Positions 1 through 10,512 of a DNA stretch of 64,000 bases are shown here, piece by piece. The position numbers and the translations under genes are program-made. The notes beneath the pieces were generated by a model. It made no database searches. It saw only the letters and a program-made list of their open reading frames with translations, and had not been told where the DNA came from. Source of the DNA: Candidatus Multivoradales bacterium. Lineage in GTDB: Bacteria; Acidobacteriota; Thermoanaerobaculia; Multivoradales; JAHEKO01. The stretch spans positions 3,232,001 through 3,296,000 of the forward strand of contig CBDFIJ010000004.1 of the NCBI GenBank assembly GCA_965248055.1. Direction: 5' to 3'. How positions within the stretch are numbered: the stretch's first letter is position 1; every line of letters begins with the position of its first letter.

Positions 1-414
1 GAGCATGGCGTGCAAAACGGGCCGACCGGGGATCTGTTCGTCGAGCTGACGGTTGCCGACCACGAACGGCTGGTTCGCCATGGCAAAGATCTCTACAGCC
101 TTGAGGAGATTTCCTACAGCCAAGCAGTGCTCGGTGCGGTGAAGTCGGTGGAAACCATTCATGGTGCTGAGGAGTTGGAGGTGCCCGAGGGCACCCGAGG
201 GGGGAGCGAGCTTCGGATCCGCGGCAAGGGGATGCCGAGGCTGGACGGTCGCGGAACCGGGGATCACATCGTCAAGATCGAGGTCAAGATCCCCAATCCA
301 AAATGGCTCTCGGAAGAGCAAATCGAGCTGCTGGAGAAGATGGCAGACCTGGATGGGGATGATGTCGCTGAACCAAGAGGAGTCGTTGACCGCGTCCGCG
401 ACCTGTTCAACTGA
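1..414 (+). CDS. dnaJ: Chaperone DnaJ, C-terminal part (5' end outside window)
   Basis: GPTGDLFV...SYSQAVLG...LRIRGKGMPRL..GTGDHIV matches the DnaJ C-terminal domain; followed by prmA-rsmE as in the usual operon. Confidence 0.9.
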   Translation, partial: EHGVQNGPTGDLFVELTVADHERLVRHGKDLYSLEEISYSQAVLGAVKSVETIHGAEELEVPEGTRGGSELRIRGKGMPRLDGRGTGDHIVKIEVKIPNPKWLSEEQIELLEKMADLDGDDVAEPRGVVDRVRDLFN

Positions 415-428
415 CCTTACAACGCTAC

Positions 429-1268
429 TTGGCGATCACCTTTGACGCCGCACCGGAACTTCAAGAAATCCTGGTTGCCGACGCCTGGCAAACTGGCATG
501 CTGGGCGCCCAGGTTGATTCGACGGTCACCGACCGCATTACGGTTTTCTTTTCGGCGGACAACTCAGAGAGCTTTTCTAAGCTAGCTCTCCCCGCTGGCG
601 CGGTCGAAGTTTCTCGCCGCTGGGTCGATGAGCAGGACTGGCTTCGTTGCTATCGAGAGTCGGTGGCGGCGATAGAGGTTGGTAACACTTGGTTGATTGA
701 TCCTCGTGACCCGACATCAGACCAGACAACCGCTGACTTTGCAGAACGCCGACGGATTCGGGTACCGGCGAGAAGGGCTTTCGGCACCGGAGGCCATGAG
801 AGCACGCGCCTCACCTTGAGGCTTATGGAGGGAGTGCAAGTAGAGGGACGGCGAGTCCTCGACTTTGGCTACGGCTCCGGCGTATTGAGCTTCGCCGCAC
901 TCCACGCCGGTGCCCGGCTTTGCGTCGGACTGGAGTCCGACCCCAGCGCCGGACTTGTGGGGGCGCAAAACCGGAGCCTCAACACCCAAGTGGCTGCACC
1001 GGCTCTGGTAGTTGCCACCGCCACCGCATTGAGAGCGCGGCGTTGGATCGACCTACTCTTGGTCAACGTTCGACCGGAACATTGGCTTGCCCACCTGCCG
1101 CAGCTATCGGATCGGCTCGCCGACAACGCTGAGATTCTCTGCTCGGGGTTTCTGTCAGACGAGTTGGCGCCGTTGATCGAGCGCTTGGGGTCGTGTGGTT
1201 GGGCAGTGGAGCAGTCGATGGTGGAAAATGAATGGATGGCAGTCAGACTTTATTCTGGAGCATCATGA
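429..1268 (+). CDS. prmA: Ribosomal protein L11 methyltransferase
   Basis: AFGTGGHESTRL and VLDFGYGSGVL SAM motif; dnaJ-prmA-rsmE order. Confidence 0.88.
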   Translation: MAITFDAAPELQEILVADAWQTGMLGAQVDSTVTDRITVFFSADNSESFSKLALPAGAVEVSRRWVDEQDWLRCYRESVAAIEVGNTWLIDPRDPTSDQTTADFAERRRIRVPARRAFGTGGHESTRLTLRLMEGVQVEGRRVLDFGYGSGVLSFAALHAGARLCVGLESDPSAGLVGAQNRSLNTQVAAPALVVATATALRARRWIDLLLVNVRPEHWLAHLPQLSDRLADNAEILCSGFLSDELAPLIERLGSCGWAVEQSMVENEWMAVRLYSGAS

Positions 1269-1966
1269 AGGCTACGGTACTGGTTACATCTGAAGAAATC
1301 AGCCAGGACTTGGTGGTCTTGGATGGCCGAGCGTATCGTCATCTATTCCGCGCCCGCCGGGCGTCGCCAGAGAGCCAATTTCGCTTGACCGACGGCCAGG
1401 GGTCGGTTCGCGCCGCAAAAGTAGCTGAGGTCGGGTCGACTTCGGCACGGTTGACTCCACTGGGAGAGATCGAACGCGTCGCTCAGCTTCCCTGGCTCAG
1501 CCTGATGGTTCCGGTCTTGAAGTCGGAGAGGACCGCTTGGATGGTTGAGAAGAGTGTTGAGCTGGGAATCAGCGAGATCCGGTTCTACAACGGACCACGG
1601 GCGCCCCGACAGCTGACCGGAGCGGCTGTCACGCGCTTGGAGCGCGTGGCTGCCTCTGCCTTGATCCAGAGTCACGGCAGTTGGCTTCCTCGCATCATGC
1701 CACCCGAGACACTAGAGCGGACGATCGAGAAAATCCCATACAACGCTGCGCGTTTGATGTGTGACGTGGGGGGGGAACCTTCCAAGCCGCGACCCTCATC
1801 GGCCATCTGGGCGATTGGCGCGGAAGGCGGCTGGGCCGATGAAGAGCGAAGCCTGCTGATGGAGTCGGGGTTCGTCGTGGCGGGGTTTGGTCCAACCGTG
1901 TTGCGTGCCGAGACTTGCGCCCTTGTGGCGGTCATTTGCAGCCGTATCTGTGGGCAGATCGATTGA
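1265..1966 (+). CDS. rsmE: 16S rRNA m3U1498 methyltransferase
   Basis: VEKSVELG, IGAEGGW, GPTVLRAET SPOUT motifs; ATG at 1265 overlaps the prmA stop. Confidence 0.88.
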   Translation: MKATVLVTSEEISQDLVVLDGRAYRHLFRARRASPESQFRLTDGQGSVRAAKVAEVGSTSARLTPLGEIERVAQLPWLSLMVPVLKSERTAWMVEKSVELGISEIRFYNGPRAPRQLTGAAVTRLERVAASALIQSHGSWLPRIMPPETLERTIEKIPYNAARLMCDVGGEPSKPRPSSAIWAIGAEGGWADEERSLLMESGFVVAGFGPTVLRAETCALVAVICSRICGQID

Positions 1967-2136
1967 CACTTCCAGGGGGTCGAACTAGCCTTTCTCAAAA
2001 GTGCGGGCCTTCGAAAAAAGGGGAATGTGCCTGCGGAAATACTAGCCAGGGGGCGGCGTGGAAAGTAGGCGTTTGAGCGGTGGGTTTGGACCGTCGGTCG
2101 GAAAAAGGTGATCTATCGATGAGGAGTTAGGGTTCA

Positions 2137-3267
2137 ATGCAGATCAATGATCTTCTAAGAGTCGCTGTCGAACGCAAGGCGTCGGATCTTCACCTCAAGG
2201 CGGGCAACCACCCGGTGGTGAGAATCGACGGCGATCTGGTATTTTTAGATCAGTATCCGTTGCTGACCGGGGACCTGACCACGGAGATGGCCCTGTCCCT
2301 TATGAACCCGCGGCAAAAGGAGCGATTCAAGGAGGAGTTGGGGGTCGATTTGTCCTACGCGGTGCCAGGGCTCGGGCGATTCCGTTGCAACGCCTTCCAC
2401 CAGAGGGGAACCGTGAGCATCGTTTCTCGGGTGATTCACAGCGATGTGCCGGCGCTTGACGACTTGAACCTGCCCGAAGTCGTTAAGATAATTGCTGACG
2501 AACCGCGTGGCCTAGTGCTGTGCACCGGAACCACCGGTTCCGGTAAATCGACCACCCTGGCGGCGATGATCGATTACATTAACCAGGGCCGTTCGGAGCA
2601 CATTGTCACCGTCGAAGATCCGATTGAGTTCGTACATCGAGATCGCAAGGCGGTGATCAATCAGCGTGAGATCGACGTTGATGCGATCAGCTTCAGTCAT
2701 GCATTGCGGTCGGCCATGCGGCAAGACCCTGACGTCATATTGGTCGGTGAAATGCGTGATCCAGAGACGATTGAGACAGCACTGCTGGCGGCGGAAACCG
2801 GCCATTTGGTGCTGTCGACGCTGCATACTTTGGACGCCGCGGAGACGGTGCATCGCATTGTCACGATGTTTCCCATTGAGCAGCATCAACAGATCCGCAT
2901 TCAATTGGCGCAGGTTCTTCGGGCGGTGATCTCGATGCGGCTGATCCCCAAAGCCAGTGGTAAGGGGCGGGTCCCGGCGGTCGAGGTCATGAGGGCAACC
3001 CCGTACATTCGGGAATGCATTGAAAACCCGGGAAAAACCAAGTTCATTAGTGACCAGATCGCGCGCGGCACCAGCCAGTACCATATGCAAACCTTCGACC
3101 AGTCCCTGCATCAGCTGTATGAAGACGACCACATCACCCTGGAAGAAGCCCTGCGCAGGGCCAGCAACGCTGACGAATTCCGGCTGCGCCTGCAGGGAGT
3201 TCAGTCGACCGCGGATATGGCTTTGGAAGAAATGGAAGAGACCCTGGGAGGGGTCGAACCGATCTAG
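2137..3267 (+). CDS. pilT: Type IV pilus retraction ATPase PilT family
   Basis: ASDLHL, GTTGSGKSTT, TVEDPIE, MRQDPDVILVGEMRD, AETGHLVLSTLHT; GAGGAG RBS upstream. Confidence 0.92.
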   Translation: MQINDLLRVAVERKASDLHLKAGNHPVVRIDGDLVFLDQYPLLTGDLTTEMALSLMNPRQKERFKEELGVDLSYAVPGLGRFRCNAFHQRGTVSIVSRVIHSDVPALDDLNLPEVVKIIADEPRGLVLCTGTTGSGKSTTLAAMIDYINQGRSEHIVTVEDPIEFVHRDRKAVINQREIDVDAISFSHALRSAMRQDPDVILVGEMRDPETIETALLAAETGHLVLSTLHTLDAAETVHRIVTMFPIEQHQQIRIQLAQVLRAVISMRLIPKASGKGRVPAVEVMRATPYIRECIENPGKTKFISDQIARGTSQYHMQTFDQSLHQLYEDDHITLEEALRRASNADEFRLRLQGVQSTADMALEEMEETLGGVEPI

Positions 3268-3354
3268 ACTTGGAACGATCGCTCGGCGCCAATTGGCCTT
3301 TCGCCGCGCCTGCAGGCGGGTCGAGGCCGACGCGGCGCGTGGCCGACCAACAGC

Positions 3355-3795
3355 ATGATTGAGAACCCCCAAGATCCCGCCGAGTGTCGAAACCGAGCGC
3401 TGCGTCTGTTGAGTTTGCGCACCCATTTTTCCGCTGAGTTGCGACGCAAGCTATCGACCCGAGGGTTCGAAGAGGCGACCATCGAATCGGTGTTAGAGCG
3501 CTTGACGCAAGAGAAATGGCTAGATGACTACGCGGCCGGGCTCGAGTTCGTCGAAGCCAAGTTGCGACGCAAAGCGATGGGGCGGTTTGGCGTCTTGGCG
3601 GAGTTGTCTCGCCGCGGCGTGGAACGGGACTTGGCTGACAAGATCGTCGCCAATTCCTACCCAGACGATGAAATGGAAATGATCCGGCGGGCGGTGTCTG
3701 CCGCCCCAACGGGCAAGCCCGAAGCGCTCGCTCGGCGTTTGCAGCGGTTGGGCTTTAGCCCATCAGCAATTCGTTCGGTGCTCGCGCAAGCGTAG
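3355..3795 (+). CDS. recX: Regulatory protein RecX
   Basis: ALRLLSLR..ELRRKL..WLDD..ELSRRGV..LQRLGFS pattern; directly upstream of alaS. Confidence 0.85.
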   Translation: MIENPQDPAECRNRALRLLSLRTHFSAELRRKLSTRGFEEATIESVLERLTQEKWLDDYAAGLEFVEAKLRRKAMGRFGVLAELSRRGVERDLADKIVANSYPDDEMEMIRRAVSAAPTGKPEALARRLQRLGFSPSAIRSVLAQA

Positions 3796-3961
3796 GGGCG
3801 CCCTTCACGGGGCCTGAAACTGGCCACACAATGCTGTCTTAATGATAATCAACAAACCGGTGAGAACGACCGGTCGTTTGGCGGTGGTAGGGCCAGCCAA
3901 TGGTATCGTCTCGACCCCAGATATGGGCTGACGCTACCCTGAACGACGAGCGATCAATTCG

Positions 3962-6667
3962 ATGAATAGCAGCGCAATTCGCACATCATTTCGTGAGTTT
4001 TTTGAGACTCGTGGGCATCGTGGCGTTTCGAGTTCGCCGCTGGTACCCCATGGCGATCCAACGTTGATGTTTACCAACGCCGGGATGGTGCAGTTCAAGG
4101 ATATTTTTCTCGGGACTGCGACTCCTCCCGCCGCTAGAGCGGTCACGGTGCAAAAATGTCTGCGCGTTTCGGGAAAGCACAACGACCTTGAAAACGTCGG
4201 CCCGAGCCCTCGTCACCATACCTTCTTCGAGATGCTGGGAAACTTCTCGTTTGGCGACTACTTCAAAGAAGAAGCGATTCGCTTCGCTTGGGACCTAGTC
4301 ACAGAAGTTTGGCAGATCCCGGAGCAGCGTTTGTTCGCCACCGTATTTGAGCAGGACGACGAAGCCCACGGGTTGTGGCAGAAAATCTCGACTCTGCCCG
4401 ACAGCAAGGTTTTGCGTTGTGGAGAGAAGGACAATTTCTGGGCTATGGGCGACACCGGCCCCTGTGGACCGTGCAGCGAGATCTTTGTCGACACCGATCC
4501 TGACGCGCCCGCGGTCGATTTCCTGACCGGATCGGACAATGGTCGCTACTTGGAAATCTGGAACTTGGTTTTCATGCAGTATGACCGCTCTGTTAAAGGA
4601 GACCTGCGGCCTCTGCCCAATCCTTCGATCGACACCGGGGCCGGGCTGGAAAGACTGAGTGCGGTACTCCAGGGGGTGCAGTCGAACTATGACAGTGACT
4701 TGTTTCAACCGATCCTCAAGGCGGCTGCGGCGTTGGCCGACACGCACTACGGAGCGGATCCAAAACAAGACCTTTCGTTGCGCGTGGTCGCTGACCACCT
4801 GCGGGCCGTGACCTTCTTGCTTTCCGATGGCGTGGTCCCAGCGAGTGAGGGGCGTGGCTATGTTCTACGGCGAATTTTGCGCAGAGCGGTGCGCCACGGC
4901 ATGACCCTCGGTTTCGAAGAACCGTTTCTACACCGTTTGATTCCGGTGGTGGATCAGATTGCCAGCGCGGAATACCCGGACCTGCTCAAAACCGAATCTG
5001 GTTCGATGGCTACGGTTGAGGCGGAGGAAAAGAAGTTCTTGACCACCTTGGCGGTCGGCTCTCGACAGGTGCAACATTCAATCGACGAGGTAAAAGAACG
5101 TGGTGAAAGCGTAGTTCCTGGCCGGGACGTCTTTCGTCTCTATGACACCTTCGGTTTACCGCTTGAAGTAATTCGTGAAATTGCCCAGGAAGAGCAAATA
5201 GGAATTGATGAAGCGGGATTTGAGACCGAGCTCTCCGGCCAACGACAACGGTCAAGGTCCGCGACCAGTAGTACCAATCAGTTGCGCCAGTCGGTGCGCG
5301 AAGTCCTGCGAGCAATCGAGAACCTGCCATCCACTCAGTTCATCGGCTATAGCCAGCTGGCGGAGTCGGCACGAGTCTTGGCTGTGATCGCTGCTGACGG
5401 AGCACAAGCTCGACCGGTGGAACGACTGGAAGCGGGGGAGTCGGGCGTGTTGGTTCTGGATGTAACTCCGTTTTATGCCCAGGCTGGAGGGCAAGTGGGG
5501 GATACCGGGTCGATCGTGGTGTCGGCGCAGGGCGCCTCTACTGGCGAGGCTCGGGTGGGCGACACAGCCCGCGAATCCAGCTGGTGGCTGCACATGGTTG
5601 AGGTGACCGACGGCTCAATCGGGCTTGGCGATCCGGTCGCGGTGCGGGTCGACGAGGCACGTCGACGTGCCGTAGAGCGGAACCATACGGCCACCCATCT
5701 ATTGCACGCTGCCCTACGCCGAGTGCTGGGCGACGGTGTTCGACAGGCGGGTTCTTTGGTTGCCCCGGATCGCTTACGCTTTGATTTCACCGCCCCGGCT
5801 GCACTCGATGAGGAGCAATTGGCCGAAGTCGAAGGGTTGGTCAATCAGTGGGTCCTGGTTGCCGGACCGACTCAGATCGAAGAAGGGCGTAGCTTGGACG
5901 AAGCGCGCACTGCTGGGGCCATGGCCTTGTTTGGCGAAAAATACGGCGACACCGTACGCACTGTCGAATTGCCGGCCCTGACCAGGATCGGTCCTGGCGA
6001 CGGCGAGTCTCTCACCAGTCTGGAACTTTGCGGTGGCTGCCACGTGCGCAATATTGGCGAAATAGGGCCCGTCGTCATCGTCTCCGAGAAAGGGGTGGCT
6101 TCTGGAGTTCGACGCATCGAGGCGTTGACCGGCACCGAGGCCTATCACTGGCAACGTCAACTGCGCACTGCGGTGGATCGAGTTTCGACGCTCCTGGGTG
6201 GGGCGTCGCCAGACAACCTAGTCGACGAGCTACAACGTTTGCAGGTGAGTCGCCGCGACTTGGAAAAAGAGATTTCCGACCTGCGCATCGGCAAACACGC
6301 TGAGGTTGATGATGACGGAATTGTTGAAGTAGCAGGAATCAAAGTCCTGTCCAGGGAGGTTCCGCCAGCCAAGGCCGGTGACTTGCGGTCCTTGGCCGAT
6401 GTATTGCGCTCCCGACTGGGGAGCGGAGTCGTTCTGTTGGCCAGCCGCGATGAAACTAAGGTGAGCTTCTTGGTCGCGGTGTCGGAGGATCTCACCGGCA
6501 GGGTAGACGCCGGTGGAATCGCACGCGGGGTCGCCGAAGTGGTCGGTGGCAAGGGCGGAGGTCGACCTGATTTCGCCCAAGCGGGGGGCCGCCAGCCGGA
6601 GAAGCTGCCCGAGGCTTTGGCCGCGGTGGCCGGTCTGGTCGAACAGCAACTGGGGGCCGATTCTTGA
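3962..6667 (+). CDS. alaS: Alanine--tRNA ligase
   Basis: DPTLMFTNAGMVQFK, HHTFFEMLGNFSFGDYFK, HTATHLLH, ELCGGCH, GGGRPDFAQAGG. Confidence 0.98.
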   Translation: MNSSAIRTSFREFFETRGHRGVSSSPLVPHGDPTLMFTNAGMVQFKDIFLGTATPPAARAVTVQKCLRVSGKHNDLENVGPSPRHHTFFEMLGNFSFGDYFKEEAIRFAWDLVTEVWQIPEQRLFATVFEQDDEAHGLWQKISTLPDSKVLRCGEKDNFWAMGDTGPCGPCSEIFVDTDPDAPAVDFLTGSDNGRYLEIWNLVFMQYDRSVKGDLRPLPNPSIDTGAGLERLSAVLQGVQSNYDSDLFQPILKAAAALADTHYGADPKQDLSLRVVADHLRAVTFLLSDGVVPASEGRGYVLRRILRRAVRHGMTLGFEEPFLHRLIPVVDQIASAEYPDLLKTESGSMATVEAEEKKFLTTLAVGSRQVQHSIDEVKERGESVVPGRDVFRLYDTFGLPLEVIREIAQEEQIGIDEAGFETELSGQRQRSRSATSSTNQLRQSVREVLRAIENLPSTQFIGYSQLAESARVLAVIAADGAQARPVERLEAGESGVLVLDVTPFYAQAGGQVGDTGSIVVSAQGASTGEARVGDTARESSWWLHMVEVTDGSIGLGDPVAVRVDEARRRAVERNHTATHLLHAALRRVLGDGVRQAGSLVAPDRLRFDFTAPAALDEEQLAEVEGLVNQWVLVAGPTQIEEGRSLDEARTAGAMALFGEKYGDTVRTVELPALTRIGPGDGESLTSLELCGGCHVRNIGEIGPVVIVSEKGVASGVRRIEALTGTEAYHWQRQLRTAVDRVSTLLGGASPDNLVDELQRLQVSRRDLEKEISDLRIGKHAEVDDDGIVEVAGIKVLSREVPPAKAGDLRSLADVLRSRLGSGVVLLASRDETKVSFLVAVSEDLTGRVDAGGIARGVAEVVGGKGGGRPDFAQAGGRQPEKLPEALAAVAGLVEQQLGADS

Positions 6668-7374
6668 GAAAAGGGCCTATTGTTCGAGTGGTGATCCTGG
6701 CCTGGAGCGTGTTCGCGGCAGCAGCTTCGGCGCAAACCGAATGGGTCACGCGCCCCGATGGCAGCAAGCTGTTGCGCGGTAAAGGACGACCGATCAGTCG
6801 ATCGCAGCGATTGTTGGAACCCGGAGGGGACTTGCAGGAGAAAATCGACCATTACGCTCGGGCCGTCGACCTGGAGCCGAAATTGGTGCAGTCGATGATC
6901 CAGGTTGAGTCGGCGTTTGATCCTTGGGCACTGTCGCGCAAGGGAGCACAGGGGCTCTTGCAACTGATGCCGGCTACGGCGACCGACTTGGGTGTTGAGG
7001 ACCCTTTCGACGTCGATCAGAACTTACAGGCTGGAACCAGCTATCTGCGTAACATGCTCGATTTGTACAACGGTGACTTACTACTGGCCCTGGCTGCTTA
7101 TAATGCCGGTCCTCGGGCGGTTGAACGCTACGCCGGCGTGCCGCCGTTTCGTGAGACCAGAGACTACCTGCAGCGGGTGATGACACTGTTTCGCGGCGAA
7201 GCACCGGTGCTGCCTCCGAGCGGATCTCTGCGCGGTCGTCCGGCATACTTAGTGAAAGTGGATGGTCGTTGGCTGCTGACCTCGGACCGTCGGGCCGCGG
7301 CCGCTCAGCAAACGGAAACCGCGTCACCACGAAATCGACCAGAAAACGAAGCTATCGAAGCCGCCACCAACTGA
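6664..7374 (+). CDS. Secreted SLT-domain lytic transglycosylase
   Basis: Signal peptide; IQVESAF, GAQGLLQLMP, LAAYNAGP motifs. Confidence 0.9.
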   Translation: MRKGPIVRVVILAWSVFAAAASAQTEWVTRPDGSKLLRGKGRPISRSQRLLEPGGDLQEKIDHYARAVDLEPKLVQSMIQVESAFDPWALSRKGAQGLLQLMPATATDLGVEDPFDVDQNLQAGTSYLRNMLDLYNGDLLLALAAYNAGPRAVERYAGVPPFRETRDYLQRVMTLFRGEAPVLPPSGSLRGRPAYLVKVDGRWLLTSDRRAAAAQQTETASPRNRPENEAIEAATN

Positions 7375-7949
7375 TGTTAAACACTCCCAACGTTCTCTCG
7401 ATCATACGCATCATGCTGGTGCCGGTGCTGGTGGTGGTTTTGCTCACCCAGGGAGAAGGCAAGGAACTGATCGGTTTGGGGATTTTCCTGGTCGCCGCCT
7501 CAACCGACTTTCTCGACGGCTATCTGGCCCGCCGTCGAGAACAGGTGACCCCACTGGGCCAGCTACTGGATCCAGCCGCCGACAAAATCTTGATGTCGGC
7601 AGCGCTGATCGCCCTGGTCGAGCTTGGATTGGCCCCAGCCTGGATGGTGGTGGTCATCGTCGCCCGTGAATTTGCGGTATCGACGTTGAGGGCGGTTGCA
7701 GCAACCGAAGGACAGGTGATCTCTGCGGCCTGGTCAGGCAAGGTTAAGACTGTGGTGCAGATCATCGCGGTCTCAGCCCTACTGTTGGGGGAGCGTTTGG
7801 GGCCGTTGCAAGAGTTGGCGCCGCTGCTGCTGTGGCTGGCGACCATCTTGGCGGTCTACTCAGGCCTGGATTACTTTGTACGCCAAACTCCGCCTCTGAT
7901 TCGCACTTGGAAGCAGCGCCAAGCGGCGGAAGAAAACTCAGATAGTTAG
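7374..7949 (+). CDS. pgsA: CDP-diacylglycerol--glycerol-3-phosphate 3-phosphatidyltransferase
   Basis: TDFLDGYLAR...GQLLDPAADK CDP-alcohol phosphatidyltransferase motif; ATG at 7374 overlaps the upstream stop. Confidence 0.9.
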   Translation: MLNTPNVLSIIRIMLVPVLVVVLLTQGEGKELIGLGIFLVAASTDFLDGYLARRREQVTPLGQLLDPAADKILMSAALIALVELGLAPAWMVVVIVAREFAVSTLRAVAATEGQVISAAWSGKVKTVVQIIAVSALLLGERLGPLQELAPLLLWLATILAVYSGLDYFVRQTPPLIRTWKQRQAAEENSDS

Positions 7950-7959
7950 TTGAATAGGC

Positions 7960-10512
7960 GTGCGCAGATTTCTTCCTAAGCTAGCTCGTTTTGCAGCTCG
8001 TCACCACAAATGGGTATTCGCGGCTGCGCTGATTACCGCCCTGTTGTCCGCCTATTCGGCCTCCAAGCTTCGCTTTGACACCGATGTTCTCGGTCTCTTG
8101 CCCAAAAACGAACCTGCGGTCAACGCTTTGCGTGACACTCTTGAGGAGTTCGGCAGCCTCGACTATTTGTTGGTTGCGGTGCGCATTCCAGAGCAGGAGT
8201 CGACCGACCCCTACATCGACTACGTACGCATTCTCGGCGAGCGACTGGAGCAGGTGGAATCCTTGGCTGAGGTCGAGTACAGCTTGGGCGAGCTGGAGTC
8301 GCTGCTCGCAGAATTCATTCCCAATGCCTTGGCGTTCCTGTCGCCGGAAGAAGTGCGGGAGGTAACCCAAAGGACCCAGCTAGAGAGAATCGGTGGTCGG
8401 GTCACGGAATTGAAGAAACAACTGTCGATGCCCCAGGCCCTGGCCTTCAAATCATTGCTGCTGTTGGACCCGGTTGGCGTGGGAGATATTTTTCTCAGCC
8501 AAGCCAAGACTTCCACCGCGGGCATGTCAATCGATTGGACCAGTGGCTATTTCCTCTCCAAAGACCAGCGCATGTTGTTGATCTTGGCCAAACCGGTGGG
8601 CCCGCCTCAAGACGTTTCGTTTTCTCGGGCGATGGTCGCAGACGTGCGTGCGGCGGCAGAGCAAGCGAAGGTGGAGTGGCAGCGCTGGATGGAAGACGAC
8701 AGCGCCGAGGTCGAGGTGGTGCTGGGGGGTCGCTACATGATCGGACTTTCGGATGAGGCGACCATTCGCAACGACTTCATCGTCAACGTCGCGACCTCGC
8801 TGATCGGCGTCCTGGTGCTGTTTGTCTTTGCATTTCGCAGATTCGGCCCCTTGGCCTATGCCTTCTTGCCTCTGGTGTTTGGACTCTTGATGACGTTTGG
8901 ATTCTCGTCAGTGCTGTATGGACGGTTGAGCGCGGCCACCAGCGGAGTCGCGGCTTTGCTGATCGGCTTGGGGATCGACTTCATCATCGTTTCCTATGGA
9001 CGGTTTGTCGAAGAGAGAAAACGTGGTGCCGGTCTCTATGAAGCCCTGGAAACGATGAACGGTTCATCGGGGAGGGCTGTGGTCATTGGTGCGATTACCA
9101 GTGCTGCTACCTTTTTCGCATTCTTGGTGACCGATTTCACCGGATTGCGACAGATGGGCATTCTCACCGGTACCGGAATCTTGCTATGTATGACCGCGGT
9201 TCTGTTGTTGCTCCCGGCTCTGTTGGCCTGGCACGAGAATCATCAGAGTCGCCGGCACCGGCAACCGCGGATGTACCTCCACAGCTTCGGCAGCGAACAC
9301 TTGATGGAGATGGCGATGCGCCGACCACGGACGGTGCTTGCCGCGGCAGCCGTGCTGAGTGTTTTGGCGTTGGGTGTGGCTAGCCAAATACGTTTCGAAG
9401 ACAGCGTTCAATCGATGCGACCCAAGGGCAACGAAGAGGTCGCTTTTCGCGAGGAGCTGTCCCAGCGGTTCGGATCTAGTTTTGAGCAGATGATGCTGGT
9501 GTTTGAGGGGGATTCTGCTGATCAAGTGGTCGAGCGGGTGCATCAGGCCCTGCCCCAGCTTCGTCAGTTGGTGGATGACAAAAATCTAATTGGCTTGGAT
9601 TCGCTCTCTTCGTTGATCCCACCCCGTTCGGACCAAGAGCAAGCGCTGGCGGTATTGGGAGCTGCTCGTCAAGACGGCCTGGATCCGCAGCAATTTGGCG
9701 CAGCGTTTCTTGCCGCTCTTGAGCTGGAAGGCTTGCGCGCCGAGCCCTTTCGCGGTGGCGTCGACTTGTTGGTCGAGGCGCTGGAAAGGGAGTCGGTGCT
9801 GACTCTGGAAGACTTTGACGCCAGCAGCAACGGTCGCCGGCTGATTCGACGGTTCGTTCGCCACGGAGAAGACGGGCTCTGGCGGGCGGTGGTCTATCTG
9901 TTCCCCCCCGCCAAAGTATGGCGCCGCGAACCGCCGCCGCCGTTGGCTCAACTCGCCGAGGACCTAGGTCCACAGACCACCTTGGTGGGCGCCAACGTGG
10001 TCAGCCAAGTGATGCGCAAGGGAGTTCTGCGGGACGCTGGCGTTGCCACCGCAGTCGGCTTTATGGTGGTGGCGTTTATCTTGTGGTTGGATTTTCGCAA
10101 GTTCTCCGACACCGCGTTGTCGCTGGCTCCTTTGTTGATTGGGGTGATTTGGATGGTGGCGGCGATGGTCCTTTTGGACTTGCCGATGAACTTCATGAAC
10201 ATCTTCGTCACCACCATGATTATCGGCATCGGTGTGGACTACGGGGTCCACGTGATTCATCGCTACCGCGAAGTCGAGCGCTTTGGACTCGACCGATTGG
10301 AGGCCGATGTTTCCGAGACCGGCAAGGCGATCACCATGGCCGCATTGTCGACCATCGTCGGTTTTGGCTCGCTTTCGCTGTCCCACTATCCCGGACTGCG
10401 GTCGATGGGCTTGGTGGCGATTCTGGGCGCGGTGTTCACCTGTCTGGTCTCTTTGACCGTGCTCCCGGCCTACCTGTGTCTGCGCAGAGACCGCCGCAGA
10501 AATTCCAGCTGA
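7960..10512 (+). CDS. MMPL/RND-family membrane transporter
   Basis: Duplicated membrane architecture with IGLGIDF and IGIGVDY motifs and two large extracytoplasmic loops. Confidence 0.85.
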   Translation: MRRFLPKLARFAARHHKWVFAAALITALLSAYSASKLRFDTDVLGLLPKNEPAVNALRDTLEEFGSLDYLLVAVRIPEQESTDPYIDYVRILGERLEQVESLAEVEYSLGELESLLAEFIPNALAFLSPEEVREVTQRTQLERIGGRVTELKKQLSMPQALAFKSLLLLDPVGVGDIFLSQAKTSTAGMSIDWTSGYFLSKDQRMLLILAKPVGPPQDVSFSRAMVADVRAAAEQAKVEWQRWMEDDSAEVEVVLGGRYMIGLSDEATIRNDFIVNVATSLIGVLVLFVFAFRRFGPLAYAFLPLVFGLLMTFGFSSVLYGRLSAATSGVAALLIGLGIDFIIVSYGRFVEERKRGAGLYEALETMNGSSGRAVVIGAITSAATFFAFLVTDFTGLRQMGILTGTGILLCMTAVLLLLPALLAWHENHQSRRHRQPRMYLHSFGSEHLMEMAMRRPRTVLAAAAVLSVLALGVASQIRFEDSVQSMRPKGNEEVAFREELSQRFGSSFEQMMLVFEGDSADQVVERVHQALPQLRQLVDDKNLIGLDSLSSLIPPRSDQEQALAVLGAARQDGLDPQQFGAAFLAALELEGLRAEPFRGGVDLLVEALERESVLTLEDFDASSNGRRLIRRFVRHGEDGLWRAVVYLFPPAKVWRREPPPPLAQLAEDLGPQTTLVGANVVSQVMRKGVLRDAGVATAVGFMVVAFILWLDFRKFSDTALSLAPLLIGVIWMVAAMVLLDLPMNFMNIFVTTMIIGIGVDYGVHVIHRYREVERFGLDRLEADVSETGKAITMAALSTIVGFGSLSLSHYPGLRSMGLVAILGAVFTCLVSLTVLPAYLCLRRDRRRNSS

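Noticed and set aside
9918-10511. Apparent 198-aa N-terminal extension of Ffh
   Set aside because: Out-of-frame overlap with the MMPL gene; the conserved start is at 10512.
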